From Antechinus flavipes (Eukaryota), in the NCBI RefSeq assembly GCF_016432865.1, contig NC_067399.1, forward strand, positions 57,102,001 through 57,166,000: 64,000 nt of DNA, given 5' to 3'. Made by a program: the position numbers and the translations under genes. This document shows positions 62,697-64,000 of this stretch, piece after piece; within the stretch, counting starts at the first letter, position 1; each line of letters opens with the position of its first letter. Under the pieces are notes generated by a model, which did not search any database, had not been told where the DNA came from, and saw only the letters and a list, made by a program, of their open reading frames with translations.

Positions 62697-63478
62697 TTAA
62701 GGTTTACCTGAATTATCTCATTTAGTATCTAATATAATTTAATATCTAATGTAATAATATATAAATTTAGTGTCTATATAATATCTAAGATTTATCTATA
62801 TCATCTCATTTAGTGTCTGATATAAGTTAATATCTAATATAATAATATATAAATTTAATATCTACATAATATCTAAGATTCACCTATATTATCTCATTTA
62901 GTATCTAATATAATTTAATATCTAATGTAAAAATATATAAATTTAATGTTTATATAATATCTAAGGTTTATCTATATCATCTCATTTAGTGTCTGATATA
63001 AGTTAATATCTAATTTAATAGTATATAAATTTAATCTCTATATAATATCTAAGATTCACCTATATTATTTCATTTAGTGTCTGATATAATTTAATAACTA
63101 ATATAATAAAATATAATTTTAATATCTATATCTTATCTAAGGTTTATTTATATTATCTCATCTAGTATCTGAGATAGTTTAATCTCTAATACAATAGTAT
63201 ATAAATTTAATATCTATATAATATCTAAGGTTCAACTATATTATCTCATTTAGTGTCTGATACAATTTAATAGTTAATGTAATAATATATGAATTTAATA
63301 TCTTTATCATATCTAAGGTTCATCTATATTATCTCAATTAGTGTCATATAATTTAATAGCTAACATAATACTATATAAATTTAATATCTGTATAGTATCT
63401 AAGGATTATATTATCTCATTTTATATCTGATAGAATTTAATATCTATATAATATCTAAGGTTCACCTATATTATTTCA
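62697..63478 (+). repeat. AT-rich 88-bp minisatellite (~9 copies) embedded in a MIR
   Basis: atctaag recurs at 62783, 62871, 62959, 63047, 63135, 63223, 63311 (88-bp spacing), then 63397 and 63453. Confidence 0.95.
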
Positions 63479-64000
63479 ATTGTGAGAGGAGATGCTATTA
63501 TTACCCCCTTTTTACAGAGGAGGAAACTGAGGTAGAGGTTAATTGACTTGGCTAGGGTCAAAAAGCACAAAGTGTTTGGGCCAGGATTTGAACTCAGGTC
63601 TTCTTGACTCCAAGCGCAGTGGTCTCTCCATTGTGCCATAGTTGCTTCAGTGGGAAATAGCTAATAGATGGATGGTGATGTGGAACTGCATGTCAGGAAG
63701 GAGCCTTTGTACCTCTAGCACCTAGTATGACTCTTGGCACAGAGTGCTTAACAAATGTCTTGGATGGAATTGAATGGTCAGAACCAGGGGGTTTTGTCCT
63801 CCTGAACCCTCTCTAAGGCGTTCATTTGGTGAGGTGGCCAGCCCCTCCTTGACATTCTCTCTATGGGTTCTATGATACTATGTGTGCTATGACAGGATCC
63901 CTGCTGCTTTCTCCGTGTTGAGCTCCCTGGGCTGTTAACCCTAGTGTTTCAGAAGGTCAGTGTGGTATAATGGAAAGGACACTGGGCTTAGAATTAGGAA

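Noticed and set aside
62697-63478. CRISPR-like regular spacing
   Set aside because: The whole unit is repeated with no unique spacers; a eukaryotic minisatellite

Overview
Marsupial genomic DNA, most likely a dasyurid such as Tasmanian devil. The call rests on WSINE1-type SINEs, MAR1/MIR CORE-SINEs and the characteristic L1 3' ends. The assembly is draft quality with five N-gaps. Only one credible coding element is present: a very large (~2.6 kb) first coding exon on the minus strand, from the first in-frame ATG at 11847 to a GT donor after 9274, with a CpG-island promoter at ~10.9-12.8 kb. It encodes five tandem CxxC...PFFPFL...CxxC-x3-L-x2-QW modules. I recognise it as the poorly characterised Plexus-like N-terminal exon of the long GSE1 isoform, with the remaining exons off the left edge. 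The ORF track's 'M1' at 11958 is actually a GTG, and an out-of-frame upstream ATG opens a uORF that overlaps the main start. Positions 1-9273 are intron and 12.8-64 kb are upstream intergenic DNA. That DNA is mostly old L2/L3/MIR, L1, MAR1, WSINE1, DNA-transposon MITEs and simple repeats, with several CpG-retaining enhancer-like islands, local duplications and minisatellites. Repeat boundaries were placed by eye and are approximate; family names come from recall, not from a database search.
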